A stretch of DNA of 64,000 nucleotides from assembly GCA_019694155.1 (NCBI GenBank), contig JAIBCN010000138.1:1832-65831 (forward strand), in the 5' to 3' direction. Below are positions 49,761-60,293 of this stretch, piece by piece. The position numbers and the translations under genes were made by a program. Every line of letters starts with the position of its first letter. The stretch's first letter is position 1. This stretch comes from Vicinamibacteria bacterium (GTDB lineage Bacteria > Acidobacteriota > Vicinamibacteria > Fen-336 > JAGNNV01). The notes beneath the pieces are model-generated. The model did no database searches. It had not been told where the DNA came from and saw nothing but the letters and a program-made list of their open reading frames with translations.

Positions 49761-50078
49761 CTACTCTTCCGGCGTCTCGTCGAGCGTGCCCATGTCGCCT
49801 TCCTTGTGCATGTACTTGATCGCATGCTTCATCAGAAGGAGATTGGGAGCACCGCGGCGGTGCAGTTTGATGGCGCTCTCGTCGTACCACTCGATCACGC
49901 CCATCAGTCTTTCCCCGTCGAGGGTCACCACCACCATGGGCGTCTTGCCGGCCATCTGCTTGACGTAGTAGAAGGCCTCGGCCGCGGTTTCCACCGGCGG
50001 TGCTTTCTTCCGCTTGTCGGACGCCGCCTGACGGGCAGCCGACATGTCGGGACGGATCAGTTTGCGGTTGATCGACAT
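49761..50078 (-). CDS. hfq: RNA chaperone Hfq (Sm-like), with N-terminal extension
   Basis: Sm1 VVVTLDGERLMGVIEWYDESAIKL and Sm2 LLMKHAIKY align with Hfq [25 protein letters not shown] / YKHAIST. Confidence 0.6.
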   Translation of the reverse strand: MSINRKLIRPDMSAARQAASDKRKKAPPVETAAEAFYYVKQMAGKTPMVVVTLDGERLMGVIEWYDESAIKLHRRGAPNLLLMKHAIKYMHKEGDMGTLDETPEE

Positions 50079-50182
50079 GGCGAAGCGAGTCTAGCAGCGA
50101 GGCCCAGCCCTCAACTATCAGCCCCTTTTCCCTGCCGTCACCCCGGGCGCGCAGCGTCCCCTCAGGGGACGAAGGCCGGGGC

Positions 50183-51409
50183 CTAGCGCGAGCGGTCCGT
50201 ATCGCTGCCGCGACCGGACTTCGCGGCGTGGAGCGCTTTCACCGCGTCCAGGATCGCGTTCGCGATCTTCCTCTTGGGCGCCTTCTCCACCTTCTCCGCA
50301 CGGCCGTCGGCGAAGAGGAGGTGCACTTCATTCTCGTCCGCGGAGAAGCCGATGTCGGTGCGCGAGACGTCGTTCGCGACGAACAGATCCGCGTTCTTGC
50401 GCTTCAGCTTGTCCCCGGCGTAGGCGAGAACATCGTTCGTCTCCGCGGCGAAGCCCACGAGGACCTGGTCGGCTCGCTTCGCCTTCCCGAGGCCCGCAAG
50501 AATGTCGTCGGTCCGCACGAGCGAGATCGAAACCTCAAAGGCGTCCTTCTTGATCTTGCGATCCGAAGGCGCCGCCGCGCGATAGTCGGCGACCGCGGCG
50601 GCCATGATCACCACGTCCGCCTCGGCCATGCGGCTGTCCATCGCCGACTTCATCTCCATCGCGGATTCCACCGGGAGCACGGTGACGCCCGGGGGCTTCG
50701 TAAGCGCCACCGGCCCGGAGACAAGGGTCACCGACGCGCCGCGCGCGCGGGCCGCCTCCACCACCGCATAGCCCATCTTCCCGGACGACCGGTTGGAGAT
50801 GAACCGCACCGGGTCGAGCTTCTCCTGGGTAGGTCCCGCACTCACGAGAATGCGAAGCCGCGCCAGGTCCTTGCGCGCATCGAGGACCTTCAGCACCGCC
50901 TCCACGATCTCGGGCGGCTCGGCCAGGCGCCCCTCGCCCACCCAGCCGCAGGCGAGGTCGCCGCTCGACGGCTCTACGACGTGCATGCCGCGCTTGCGCA
51001 GGATCTCGAGGTTGCCCTGAACCGGCGCAGAATGCCACATGTTCACGTTCATGGCCGGGGCGATGAGAACCGGGCCGGTGAACGCGAGGGCCGTGGTGGA
51101 GAGCGCGTCGTCGGCGACGCCTTGCGCGAGCTTCGCGATGACGTTCGCGGTGCAGGGCGCGATCACGAAGACATCCGCTTCGTCCGCGTACTCGATGTGG
51201 AGGATCGAGCCTTGCTCCCCGAGCGGTCGGGCGTCGGTGAGGACGGGAGCCTTCGAGAGGGTTTCGAAGGTGAGGGGCCCCACGAACTCGGTGGCCGTCC
51301 GGGTCATCACCACGCGGACGCGGTGACCCGCCTTGTCGAAAAGCCTCAGGACCTCACAGGCTTTGTAGGCCGCGATTCCACCGGTGACCCCGAGAAGAAT
51401 GCTGGCCAT
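50183..51409 (-). CDS. coaBC: bifunctional phosphopantothenoylcysteine decarboxylase / phosphopantothenate--cysteine ligase
   Basis: N-terminal flavoprotein ([25 protein letters not shown]) and a C-terminal CoaB domain (SNRSSGKMG). Confidence 0.9.
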   Translation of the reverse strand: MASILLGVTGGIAAYKACEVLRLFDKAGHRVRVVMTRTATEFVGPLTFETLSKAPVLTDARPLGEQGSILHIEYADEADVFVIAPCTANVIAKLAQGVADDALSTTALAFTGPVLIAPAMNVNMWHSAPVQGNLEILRKRGMHVVEPSSGDLACGWVGEGRLAEPPEIVEAVLKVLDARKDLARLRILVSAGPTQEKLDPVRFISNRSSGKMGYAVVEAARARGASVTLVSGPVALTKPPGVTVLPVESAMEMKSAMDSRMAEADVVIMAAAVADYRAAAPSDRKIKKDAFEVSISLVRTDDILAGLGKAKRADQVLVGFAAETNDVLAYAGDKLKRKNADLFVANDVSRTDIGFSADENEVHLLFADGRAEKVEKAPKRKIANAILDAVKALHAAKSGRGSDTDRSR

Positions 51410-51416
51410 GAACGGC

Positions 51417-51629
51417 TCAGTCGATGTTGGTGACGCGCGGAACCTCGGCCTTCATCTCCCAGGAGACGGCGCCCGCGAGCACTTCCTCGATGGCTACCCG
51501 GGTGGGCTTGTAGCTCGTCGTGAGAACGCGGGGCTTCGCTCCCGCCTGAAGCTGCTTCGCGCGCTGGGCGGCCACGATGATGAAGCGGAACTTGCTGTCG
51601 ATTTCTTTGGGGAGGATGAGATGCTTCAT
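51417..51629 (-). CDS. rpoZ: DNA-directed RNA polymerase subunit omega
   Basis: 70 aa. SKFRFIIVAAQRAKQL is the conserved RpoZ helix. The gmk-rpoZ synteny fits. Confidence 0.8.
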   Translation of the reverse strand: MKHLILPKEIDSKFRFIIVAAQRAKQLQAGAKPRVLTTSYKPTRVAIEEVLAGAVSWEMKAEVPRVTNID

Positions 51630-51775
51630 TGAGCCTGTCGTTTGATAGAGGTCTTTGGCGGTTGGTTCTTTCGTTCGGGAGCCCTGACCCTGGAGCCACA
51701 GGGTGAGCCCGAACCTCGGCGAGTTGGGAAGTATAGCGGATCGAGCCGTTTGGAGCCCAAACGCCGCGGGCAGCG

Positions 51776-52348
51776 TCAGACCGCCTTCTTCGCGTGCTCC
51801 GCGGCGATGATGGCCTTCACCTCGTTCACGGCGGTGTCCAGGTCGTCGTTCACCACCTGGTGCTGGAACTCCCCCGCCCGCCCGAGCTCGATCTCGGCGT
51901 TCCTGATCCTCACCGCCAGCGACTCCTCGGAATCGGTGCCCCGGCCCTTCAGACGGGCCTTCAGGACCTCCAGAGACGGCGGCCTCAGGAAGATCGTGAG
52001 GGCCGAGGGATGCGACTTCACCACCTGCTCGGCCCCCTGAACGTCGATATCGAGCACGAGGTCGCGGGAGAGAGCGCGGGCGCGGTCCAGTTCGCCGCGC
52101 GTCGTTCCATAGAGATTGCCGTGCACTTCCGCCCACTCGAGGAACGCGCTCTGGGCGACGAGGGCGCGGAACCTCTCGCGGTCCACGAAGAAATACTCGC
52201 GGCCGTTCTCTTCGCCCGGTCGCGGCGGGCGCGTGGTGTGGGAGATGGAGAAGAGCAGCCCCGGCACTTCCGCGAACACGCGCTTCAAGACGGTGGACTT
52301 GCCGCCGCCCGAGGGGGCCGCGATCACGATCAGCAGCGGCTCTCTCAT
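51776..52348 (-). CDS. gmk: guanylate kinase
   Basis: AAPSGGGKST P-loop, SHTTRPPRPGEENGREYFF. 190 aa. Confidence 0.9.
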   Translation of the reverse strand: MREPLLIVIAAPSGGGKSTVLKRVFAEVPGLLFSISHTTRPPRPGEENGREYFFVDRERFRALVAQSAFLEWAEVHGNLYGTTRGELDRARALSRDLVLDIDVQGAEQVVKSHPSALTIFLRPPSLEVLKARLKGRGTDSEESLAVRIRNAEIELGRAGEFQHQVVNDDLDTAVNEVKAIIAAEHAKKAV

Positions 52349-54204
52349 ACCGCCGGATCGGCCCGGAACTGGAGATCGTGGAGCCGCGCGTAGATGCCGT
52401 TTCTGGCAAGCAACTCGTCGTGCGTGCCCTCTTCCCGGATCTCGCCCTTCTCGAGGACGAGAATGCGGTCGGCTCGCCGCACGGTGGCGAGCCGGTGCGC
52501 CACCACCAGGGTGGTCCGGCCCTTCATGAGGTTGAACAGGGCCTGCTGGACGAGGCTCTCCGACTCGGTATCGAGCGCGGAGGTGGCCTCATCGAGGATG
52601 AGGATCGGCGGGTCCTTGAGAATGGCGCGCGCGATGGCGATGCGCTGCTTCTGGCCGCCGGACAGCCGCGAGCCTCTCTCCCCGATCACGGTGTCGTAGC
52701 GCCGCGGCAGGTCGAGGATGAAGTCGTGGGCGAAGGCGGCGCGCGCCGCGCTCTCCACGAGCGTCCCCTCGACGCCGGACAGGCCGTAGGCGATGTTCGC
52801 GCGCACGGTGTCGTTGAAGAGGATCGTCTCCTGCTTCACGAGGCCGATCTGACGGCGCAGGCTGGCGACGGTCACGTCGCGGATGTCGATGCCGTCCACG
52901 CTGACCGAGCCCCCGGTCACGTCGTAGAAGCGCGGCAGCAGGTTGAGAAGCGAGGTCTTGCCCGAGCCGCTCATGCCGACGATCGCGACCACCTCACCCC
53001 TGCGCGCCTTGAGGGAAGCCCCCACCAGGACCGGCCCCGACGACTTGTCGTACTGGAAGGAGACGTTCTTGTACTCCACCTCCTCCTTGAAGGGCGGCAG
53101 GGGCTTCGCCCCCGGGGCATCCTTGATCTCCCGGTGCGTGTCGAGAAGCGCGAAGGACCGCTCGGCCGCGGCGAGGGCTCCCTGAAGCGCCGCGTTGACC
53201 TTCGAGAGACGCTTGATGGGTGTGTAGAGCGCGAAGAGCCCGGCCAGGAACGACGTGAAGGACCCGACCGTCATGTGCCCCTTCGAGATGGCCCAGGTGC
53301 CGTAGCCGAGAACCACCACCACGGAAACGCCGCCCACCGCTTCCATGAAGGGAGGAAGGAAGGCCGTGGTCCGGGTCATGCGAAGGGTGACGCCCTGCAG
53401 CCGCTCGAGCGCCTTCTCGAAACGCGCCTTCTCGAAGGTCTCCATGCCGAAGGCCTTGACCACGCGGAAGCCCGAGAAGGTCTCCTGCAGGATGTTCGCG
53501 ATGTCCTTCCACCTCCGCATCGAACTCTCGTTCGACGAGCGCAACCTCCGGCCGAGGCGGATGAGGGGGGTGAAGGCCAGCGGCATCAGGACGAGAGCGA
53601 TGAGGGCCAGGCGCCAGTCGTGGTAGAAGAGCAGGAGGACGAGGCCGATGACGGTGAGGCCCTCCTTCAATAGGTCCCCCGCGATCTCTCCAAGCGCCGT
53701 CTGGATCCGCTCCACGTCGCTCGTAAGGTGGCTCATCAACGACCCCGTGGTCCGCTTCGCGAAGAAGTCGAAAGACTGGTCGAGGATGTGCGCGTAGACC
53801 GCGCGCCGCAGATCGAAAATCGCCTTCTGCCCGGCCTCGGAGAGGAGGGTGGTCGAGAAGTAGGCGCCGAGCCCCTTGAGGGCGTAAAGGCTGACGATGG
53901 CGATCGCCACCTCGCGGAACCGGCTGTTGCTGATCAGGACATCGTCGAAGATGAGCTTAATCATGTACACGAGGGCCGCGTTCGACAGGCCGTACAGGAC
54001 GGTGGCGAGCCAGCCCATGAAGATCAGCGCCCGGTGCGGCTTCGCGTAGGCGAGGAGACGGCGCGCGACCTGGAGCGAACTCGCCTTCGGTGTGCCAAGG
54101 GCGGCCGAAGGCCCGGAGCCGGCGTCTAACGTACCGATGTCTCCATCCGCGGGCCCGCTGTCCCGGGGCGCGTCGGAAGACGATCGAGAAAGGAGTTCAG
54201 TCAA
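52345..54204 (-). CDS. msbA: ABC transporter permease/ATP-binding protein, MsbA-like lipid exporter
   Basis: Six-TM domain plus NBD (GMSGSGKTS, LSGGQKQRIAIARA, ILILDEATSALD). 4-nt overlap with gmk. Confidence 0.85.
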   Translation of the reverse strand: MTELLSRSSSDAPRDSGPADGDIGTLDAGSGPSAALGTPKASSLQVARRLLAYAKPHRALIFMGWLATVLYGLSNAALVYMIKLIFDDVLISNSRFREVAIAIVSLYALKGLGAYFSTTLLSEAGQKAIFDLRRAVYAHILDQSFDFFAKRTTGSLMSHLTSDVERIQTALGEIAGDLLKEGLTVIGLVLLLFYHDWRLALIALVLMPLAFTPLIRLGRRLRSSNESSMRRWKDIANILQETFSGFRVVKAFGMETFEKARFEKALERLQGVTLRMTRTTAFLPPFMEAVGGVSVVVVLGYGTWAISKGHMTVGSFTSFLAGLFALYTPIKRLSKVNAALQGALAAAERSFALLDTHREIKDAPGAKPLPPFKEEVEYKNVSFQYDKSSGPVLVGASLKARRGEVVAIVGMSGSGKTSLLNLLPRFYDVTGGSVSVDGIDIRDVTVASLRRQIGLVKQETILFNDTVRANIAYGLSGVEGTLVESAARAAFAHDFILDLPRRYDTVIGERGSRLSGGQKQRIAIARAILKDPPILILDEATSALDTESESLVQQALFNLMKGRTTLVVAHRLATVRRADRILVLEKGEIREEGTHDELLARNGIYARLHDLQFRADPAV

Positions 54205-54272
54205 TGCAGGAGAGCCGGAGCCTCGGGAGTTTAGTTGGGGACGCAGTTTTTCCTGCTACGATCTTTTCCCGG

Positions 54273-54746
54273 ATGAAACTCGCTCAACTCGGGGTGGCAG
54301 CCCTCGCTCTGGCGCTGCCCTCCTGCTACGACTTCCATACCGTCGGCCCCGAGGACCCGCCCCCTCTCGCCCTGCCCCAGACGGTGTCCGTCGCCATCTC
54401 CTACCTGCAGCCTCTCGGGTGCGTGCCGCCCGGCTCGAACTGCGGCGGGCCGGTCACCTTCTATGGAAGCTGGATGCCCATTGGTTCCTACGTGACGCTG
54501 CAGCAGACGGCCGCCCATACCTGGACGGCTACGGTGCCGAACGTCCCCTTCAACTACCCGGGCGTCGATCCCTATCGGGTCTACGCGGTGGACCCGTACC
54601 TCCATGACACGCTGACGGGCGGCGTAGTCGCCTTCGATCGCCTGACCGTGGGCGGCGAGAGAATCGTGAAGGTGGAGAACGGCGGGGGCACCCGCGAACA
54701 GGGACTCATCTTCATCGACGCGAACGGGAAGGGCCGAACGCCCTGA
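54273..54746 (+). CDS. hypothetical lipoprotein
   Basis: MKLAQLGVAALALALPSC signal peptide plus lipobox; 157 aa. Confidence 0.55.
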   Translation: MKLAQLGVAALALALPSCYDFHTVGPEDPPPLALPQTVSVAISYLQPLGCVPPGSNCGGPVTFYGSWMPIGSYVTLQQTAAHTWTATVPNVPFNYPGVDPYRVYAVDPYLHDTLTGGVVAFDRLTVGGERIVKVENGGGTREQGLIFIDANGKGRTP

Positions 54747-54758
54747 CCGCTTCGGTCG

Positions 54759-56081
54759 CTAGCGGCGGCGCTTGAAGATGGCCGCCGCCCGCACGGCGGA
54801 AGCGGCGACCTGGGCGTCCTTGTCCCTGGCCAGAGGTTCGATGGCCGCTGCCGCATCCACGACACCCGCGGTGGACAGGGCGTCGCACAGCCCCGCCCGG
54901 ATCTTCGGGTCGGTTTCGCGCAGGTAATCGAGCGCCTCGGGCAGGGCGCGGCCGCCCAGTTCCTCGAGGTAGGCGCGCGACTGGCGCGCCCGCTCCTTGG
55001 AGCCGGCGAGGCCCAGGACGACGGTATCGATGAAGGGTCGATCGCCGAAAAGGAAGAGGGCGAAGGCATAGGCCGCGCGCAACTCCTCGTTCTTCTCGCG
55101 CTGGAAGTCGCGCTTGAAGCGCCCCTCGTTTCCCTTCTCGTTGAGGCGGGCGAGGGCTTCGATGGCCGGACGGCGCTTGCGCGCGTCCGACTGCAGGGCC
55201 AGGCGCTGGAAGAGGGGGCGATCCTGAGCCAGGGCGATCTGGGCCAGCGAATTGAGGGCCAGAATGCCCTCTTCCGACTCGGCATTCGCCTCGAAATAGC
55301 GGCGCAGGTCGGGGGCGGCGTCCACCACCTTCAGACGCCCGAGGCCTTCGATGGCCCGGCGCCGGACCGTGGTCGAGGTGTCGCGGAGCAAGGGAGCGAG
55401 GGCCTCCCCGTCCGCCGAGGTCCCGACCTTCACGATGGCGGTGACCGCGGCCGCGCGCACCGCGGGCACGGAGTCGCCGGTGGCCGCCGCGAGATCGACC
55501 GCAACCTCGGTGCCGCCCAGGATGCCGATGGCCTCCGCGGCCGACTCGCGCACGCCCATGTCGGAGTCCTTGAGGCGCGCGGCGAGCGAGCGATAGACCT
55601 CGAAGTCCACCGCGGACACGAGCAGCGGCTCGGGCTTGTCGCGTCCGTCCGAGAAGATCGAGAGGAAGCGCGACATCCCCGGACGGTCGCGATGGGTGTA
55701 GATCTCGACCACGCCGTCGATCGCCTCCGACCGCACCCGGGCCTGGGAGTCTCCCAGGAACACCACCATGGAGGGCACGCCCGCGAGATCCCGCAGGGAC
55801 GCGATGGCGCGGAGGACGGCCACCCGCACGTCGATGTCGGGGTCGCGAACGAGAGCGGCGAGGCGGGGCAGGGCGTCGGGGGCCTTCGACTTGCCGAGGT
55901 CGGAAGCGGCTTTGCGGCGAACACTGGGAGTGGCGCTGGTGAGGCCGTCCACCGGAGTCTCCCTGGGAGCCTGAGCCAGGAAGGCCGCCCGTGCGTCCAA
56001 AGAGGGAAGGGCGAGAAGGCAACACGCCGCGCCCAGGACCCCGCCCCGAATCAAAGACCCCGGTCTGCCCGTCTGTTTCAT
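54759..56081 (-). CDS. HEAT-repeat (PBS-lyase-like) secreted protein
   Basis: Start MKQTGRPGS with a signal peptide. Repeated DxxVRxxAxxALGxLxD units. Confidence 0.7.
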   Translation of the reverse strand: MKQTGRPGSLIRGGVLGAACCLLALPSLDARAAFLAQAPRETPVDGLTSATPSVRRKAASDLGKSKAPDALPRLAALVRDPDIDVRVAVLRAIASLRDLAGVPSMVVFLGDSQARVRSEAIDGVVEIYTHRDRPGMSRFLSIFSDGRDKPEPLLVSAVDFEVYRSLAARLKDSDMGVRESAAEAIGILGGTEVAVDLAAATGDSVPAVRAAAVTAIVKVGTSADGEALAPLLRDTSTTVRRRAIEGLGRLKVVDAAPDLRRYFEANAESEEGILALNSLAQIALAQDRPLFQRLALQSDARKRRPAIEALARLNEKGNEGRFKRDFQREKNEELRAAYAFALFLFGDRPFIDTVVLGLAGSKERARQSRAYLEELGGRALPEALDYLRETDPKIRAGLCDALSTAGVVDAAAAIEPLARDKDAQVAASAVRAAAIFKRRR

Positions 56082-56177
56082 GTTTTCCTCCCGATCGAGT
56101 CGACGGCCCGAGGATATCGGAGGTCGGCATCGCGCCCGCACCTCCACACGAACGCAGGCGTGTAGGAGAATGGAGAG

Positions 56178-58055
56178 ATGTTGAGACTCGCAGCCGGGCT
56201 TGTTGCCCTCGCCGCCGCGGCGAATCCCGCGGCCCCGCAGGCCGCGGCGAACGCCGCGTCCTCCGTGGCGACCCTCGCCAGGGTGCCGTCGGACGTGCCG
56301 CTCTTCCCGCTCGAGAACCTCAAGCCGGGAATGAAGGGCGTCGGCCGCACCGTCTTCGCCAATCAGAAGCTCGAGTCGTTCGAGGTAGAGATCATCGGCG
56401 CCCTGGAAAACTCCGCGCCCCGCCAGACCATGGTGATGGCCCGCCTCACCGGCGGCCCTCTCGCCAACACGGGTGTGATCGCGGGGATGAGCGGGTCGCC
56501 CGTGTACATCGACGGGAAACTCCTCGGCGCGGTGGCGTTCGGTTTCGGGTTCTCGAAGGAAGCGATCGCGGGCATCACGCCCTACGTCGAGATGACCGGT
56601 TTCTCCCGCATGAACGACATCATGCTGCGCGCGTCCGCCGCTCCGGAAAGCGATGTCCTGCGGCCGATTCCCCTGCGCATGTCCGGCCTGCCCATGCCCG
56701 TGGACGGCGCCACCCTGATCTCGAAGTTCGTGGGCGCGCTCGAAACCGCGGGGACGAACGCCCGCTCCTCCATGGGGGTCGCGGGCCTTTCACCCCTTCC
56801 CATTCCCCTCTCCATGTCGGGCCTTTCCGGCGCCGCTTTCGACGCGGCCCGAGGCCTCTTCTCGAAGATGGGTTTCTCACCGCTGCAGGTCCCGGCGAAA
56901 GGCGTCGCCCCCGGACCGCTGCCGCCTCTCGAGCCCGGCGGCCCCGTCGCGGTTTCGCTGATCCAGGGCGATTTCGATTTCTCGGCGGTGGGTACGGTCA
57001 CCCACATCGACAAGGATGCGGTGTACGCCTTCGGCCATCCCTTCTTCGGCATCGGGCCCATCGACTTCCCCATGAGGCGCGCCTGGGTGTACGACGTCTT
57101 CCCGAGCCTCAACCAGTCGTTCAAGATCGCGAGCGCCCACGACACCATCGGCCGGTTCCAGCAGGACCGCGCCACCGGCATCTCGGGAAAGCTCGGCGCG
57201 GGTCCGCGGATGATCCCGGTAAAGGTGTCCTTGCAGAACCGTCCCGGCATGAAGCAGGACTACTCCTTCTCCGTGGTGCAAGACGACCTCTTCACGCCTC
57301 TCACCGTGTACGCGAGCGTGCTCTCCGTCCTGCAGGGTCAGGAGCGCGTGGCCGGCCCGTCGACGGTCACCCTCGACGCCACCGTGAACTTCTCCAGCAT
57401 CCCCGCCCTGCGCCTGCAGGACCAGTTCGCGGACGGCCAGCCGGGAGCGATGGCCGCGGGCCTCGTGGGCTCCGCCATCTCCTTCGTGATGAACAACGAG
57501 TTCCGGCGGGTCAGCCTGGAATCGGTGACCGTGAATCTGACCGCGAAGGAAGCGCAGGAAACCGCGGCCATCGACCGGGCCTGGCTCGAGCGCGACGGCC
57601 CCGTGCGGCCGGGCGCCGTCGTCCCCATGAAGGTGGCGCTGCGCACCTTCCGCGGCGAGGAAGTCATCGTGCCCATCCCCGTGGAGGTGCCCCTCGGAAC
57701 CGCACCCGGACGCTACGTGGTCTTCGTCTCCGATGGCGCGGCGCTTTCCCAGGCCGAGCAGCGCGAGATGCGCCAGGCCTTCATCCCCAAGAACCTCGAC
57801 CAGATCGTGCGCGCCGTGAACTCCATCCGCAAGAGCACGCAGATCTACGTGAGGCTCCAGCGCTTCGAGGAGGGCGCGGCGATTTCCGGCACCCTCCTTC
57901 CCGGGCTGCCGCCTTCGATGATGCAGGTGCTCGGCGCGAGCGAAGGCGGCGAGCCGGTGGTGCGCACAGCCACCACGGTGGTGTGGGACGGTGCTGTGGC
58001 CGTCGATTATTCCGTAAAGGGCTCCCGGTTCCTGGCCCTTCAGATTGAGCGTTGA
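56178..58055 (+). CDS. secreted peptidase S55 (SpoIVB-like) family protein
   Basis: Signal peptide. GVIAGMSGSPVYIDGKLLGAVAFGF matches the SpoIVB catalytic-Ser block GMSGSPI..GK..GAV. Confidence 0.6.
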   Translation: MLRLAAGLVALAAAANPAAPQAAANAASSVATLARVPSDVPLFPLENLKPGMKGVGRTVFANQKLESFEVEIIGALENSAPRQTMVMARLTGGPLANTGVIAGMSGSPVYIDGKLLGAVAFGFGFSKEAIAGITPYVEMTGFSRMNDIMLRASAAPESDVLRPIPLRMSGLPMPVDGATLISKFVGALETAGTNARSSMGVAGLSPLPIPLSMSGLSGAAFDAARGLFSKMGFSPLQVPAKGVAPGPLPPLEPGGPVAVSLIQGDFDFSAVGTVTHIDKDAVYAFGHPFFGIGPIDFPMRRAWVYDVFPSLNQSFKIASAHDTIGRFQQDRATGISGKLGAGPRMIPVKVSLQNRPGMKQDYSFSVVQDDLFTPLTVYASVLSVLQGQERVAGPSTVTLDATVNFSSIPALRLQDQFADGQPGAMAAGLVGSAISFVMNNEFRRVSLESVTVNLTAKEAQETAAIDRAWLERDGPVRPGAVVPMKVALRTFRGEEVIVPIPVEVPLGTAPGRYVVFVSDGAALSQAEQREMRQAFIPKNLDQIVRAVNSIRKSTQIYVRLQRFEEGAAISGTLLPGLPPSMMQVLGASEGGEPVVRTATTVVWDGAVAVDYSVKGSRFLALQIER

Positions 58056-58066
58056 ACAAGGATTTC

Positions 58067-60229
58067 ATGCCCTCTAGATTCCGTGTCTCCCTGGCCCTCG
58101 CCCTCCTCGGGGCCTCCGCTTTCGCGGTGCAGCCGCAGTTCCTCCGTCTCACCACCATGCGTGACTTCATGGACGGAGAGATCGAAGGCCTGTCCATCGA
58201 TTCGAACGGACGCCTGTCCCTCGCCCCCGCGGTGACCGCCGGCCCCGACCTCGGCTCGCCCGTGGTGTGGGCGATCGCGGTCGACAGCCAGGGCGTGCTC
58301 TACGCGGGTACCGGAAACGACGGCAAGGTGCTGAAGGTCGAGAACCGAACCACCCAGACCTTCTTCGACGCGGCGGAAGCGGAGGTTCAGGCCCTGGCCT
58401 TTGGGCCCGACGGACGGCTCTTCGCGGCCACCAACCCCGAGGGCAAGGTCTACGCCATCGACAAGGCGGGCAAGAGCAGCGTCTTCTTCGACCCGGAAGA
58501 GCGTTACATCTGGACCCTCGCCTTCGACGCTCAGGGCCGGCTGTGGGTGGGCACGGGCGGCGAAGGCCGCATCTACCGCGTGGATGCGAAGGGTCAGAGC
58601 ACCACGATCCTGACCAGCCAGGACGCGCACATCACCTCACTCGCGGTGGGTCCTTCGGGCGTCTTCGCGGGCAGTTCTCCGTCGGGCCTCGTCTACTCGA
58701 TCGACGCCAAAGACAACGTGCGCGTTCTCTACGACTCGACCTATCGCGAAGTGAAGGCGATCCTGCCCCTGCCGAACGGCTCGGCCTACGTTGCCCTCGT
58801 GGATGGCCGCTCGGAGATTCCGGCGCCCCGGCCCACGCCATCGCCATCCCCCGCGGCCTCGCCGGGCGCGGAAGGTGCCGTCACCACGTCGACCTCGATC
58901 GAGGTCTTCGCCTTCCCCACCGCACCCGCCGGCCCCGCGGCGCCTCGCGGCGGTTCCGGCCCCGCACGGGGGGCCATCTTCCTGGTCACCTCGCTCGGCG
59001 ACGCCGATCAGCTCTGGACCGGCGACGAGTCGCCCTTCTTCCTCTTCAAGCGAAACGACGCGATTCTCTTCGGCACGGGGTCGAGGGGCCGGGTCTACGA
59101 GGTGCGCGACGACCGCACCTACACCCTGGTGCGCACGGTGCCCCAGGAGCAGCTCACCGCGGCGGCGACGCTGCCCTCGGGCGAGATGGCGATCGCCTCC
59201 TCGAACCCGGGCAAGCTCTCCTACCTTTCCACCAAGCGCGAAGCCAAGGGCACGTTCACCTCCGCGGCCCGCGACTTCGACAATGTCGCGCAGGTGGGCG
59301 CCCTGGAGGTGAGCACTCCATCCCCATCGGTCGCCTACGAGATCCGCACGGGAAACGCGGCCGTGCCCGACACGACCTGGAGCAACTGGGAGCCGGTGAC
59401 TCCGGGGAAGGCCCCGGCCCGCTCGCCGCAGGCGCGCTTCGCGCAGATCCGCGCCACGCTGAGCGGCGGCACGGACAGCCCATCGCTCTCCTGGCTGCAG
59501 CTCGCCTACGTGCAGCGCAACATCCGCCCCCTGGTGCGGGAACTGACCCTGTATCCGGCGGGCGATGCCTTCCAGAAGTCCGGCAGCAGCGGCTCGGCCG
59601 AATCGGATATCGCCGGACTGGACAGCGGCGCTCCGGAGATCAAGCCTCTGCCCTCGACGAGCGGCCGCTCCACCGACTCGGCCGTTCTCGGCCGGAAGGT
59701 CTTCTTCAAGTCGCTCCGCACGCTGACCTGGCGAGCCGAGGATCTGAACGGCGACACTCTCAAGTACGACGTGCTGTACCGCCCGGAGAGCGCCACCACC
59801 TTCACGCGCCTGCGCGAGGGCATCGAGGATCCGATCTTCACCTGGGACACCGCCACCGTGCCCTCCGGCCGATACGTCTTCCGCGTGATCGCGAAGGACC
59901 AGGCGAGCAACCCCGAAGGCCGCGGCCTCTCCTACGAGAAGGACAGCGAAGCTTTCGACGTCGACAACGAGCCGCCCACCATCACCGCCACCATCGCGGC
60001 AGGCCTCGTCAAGGTCGTGGTGACCGACGCCATGAGCCCGGTGCGAAAGGCAGAGTGGGCGAAGGAAGCCGGCGCCTGGACCGACCTCGTGGCGGCGGAC
60101 GGCCTCGCCGACTCGCGCGAGGAAACATTCGAGTTCAGGCTGGAAGGCTCCCCCACCGCCATCGTGATCCGCGCCACGGATTCGTTCGGCAACGTGGCGG
60201 TAACGCGCGTGCCGGTCGGCCGGAAGTAG
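58067..60229 (+). CDS. secreted beta-propeller repeat protein with C-terminal Ig/FN3-like domains
   Basis: Signal peptide MPSRFRVSLALALLGASAFA. Repeated GxLYAGTGNDGKV / GRLFAATNPEGKVY / GRLWVGTGGEGRIY blades. A TTG at 58052 overlaps the upstream stop. Confidence 0.6.
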   Translation: MPSRFRVSLALALLGASAFAVQPQFLRLTTMRDFMDGEIEGLSIDSNGRLSLAPAVTAGPDLGSPVVWAIAVDSQGVLYAGTGNDGKVLKVENRTTQTFFDAAEAEVQALAFGPDGRLFAATNPEGKVYAIDKAGKSSVFFDPEERYIWTLAFDAQGRLWVGTGGEGRIYRVDAKGQSTTILTSQDAHITSLAVGPSGVFAGSSPSGLVYSIDAKDNVRVLYDSTYREVKAILPLPNGSAYVALVDGRSEIPAPRPTPSPSPAASPGAEGAVTTSTSIEVFAFPTAPAGPAAPRGGSGPARGAIFLVTSLGDADQLWTGDESPFFLFKRNDAILFGTGSRGRVYEVRDDRTYTLVRTVPQEQLTAAATLPSGEMAIASSNPGKLSYLSTKREAKGTFTSAARDFDNVAQVGALEVSTPSPSVAYEIRTGNAAVPDTTWSNWEPVTPGKAPARSPQARFAQIRATLSGGTDSPSLSWLQLAYVQRNIRPLVRELTLYPAGDAFQKSGSSGSAESDIAGLDSGAPEIKPLPSTSGRSTDSAVLGRKVFFKSLRTLTWRAEDLNGDTLKYDVLYRPESATTFTRLREGIEDPIFTWDTATVPSGRYVFRVIAKDQASNPEGRGLSYEKDSEAFDVDNEPPTITATIAAGLVKVVVTDAMSPVRKAEWAKEAGAWTDLVAADGLADSREETFEFRLEGSPTAIVIRATDSFGNVAVTRVPVGRK

Positions 60230-60293
60230 CGGACCCGGAGTTCGAAACAGCCGCGGGCCGATTGAGCCCGTCGGCCAAACCCCCCGAAACAGC

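Noticed and set aside
51417-52409. 330-aa composite ORF
   Set aside because: Only the last 70 aa (rpoZ) are real; the remainder overlaps gmk in another frame.
60232-60250. tRNA-like GAGTTCGAAAC element at the island boundary
   Set aside because: There is no complementary T-stem, acceptor stem or CCA context. It is part of the 3' end region of the propeller gene.
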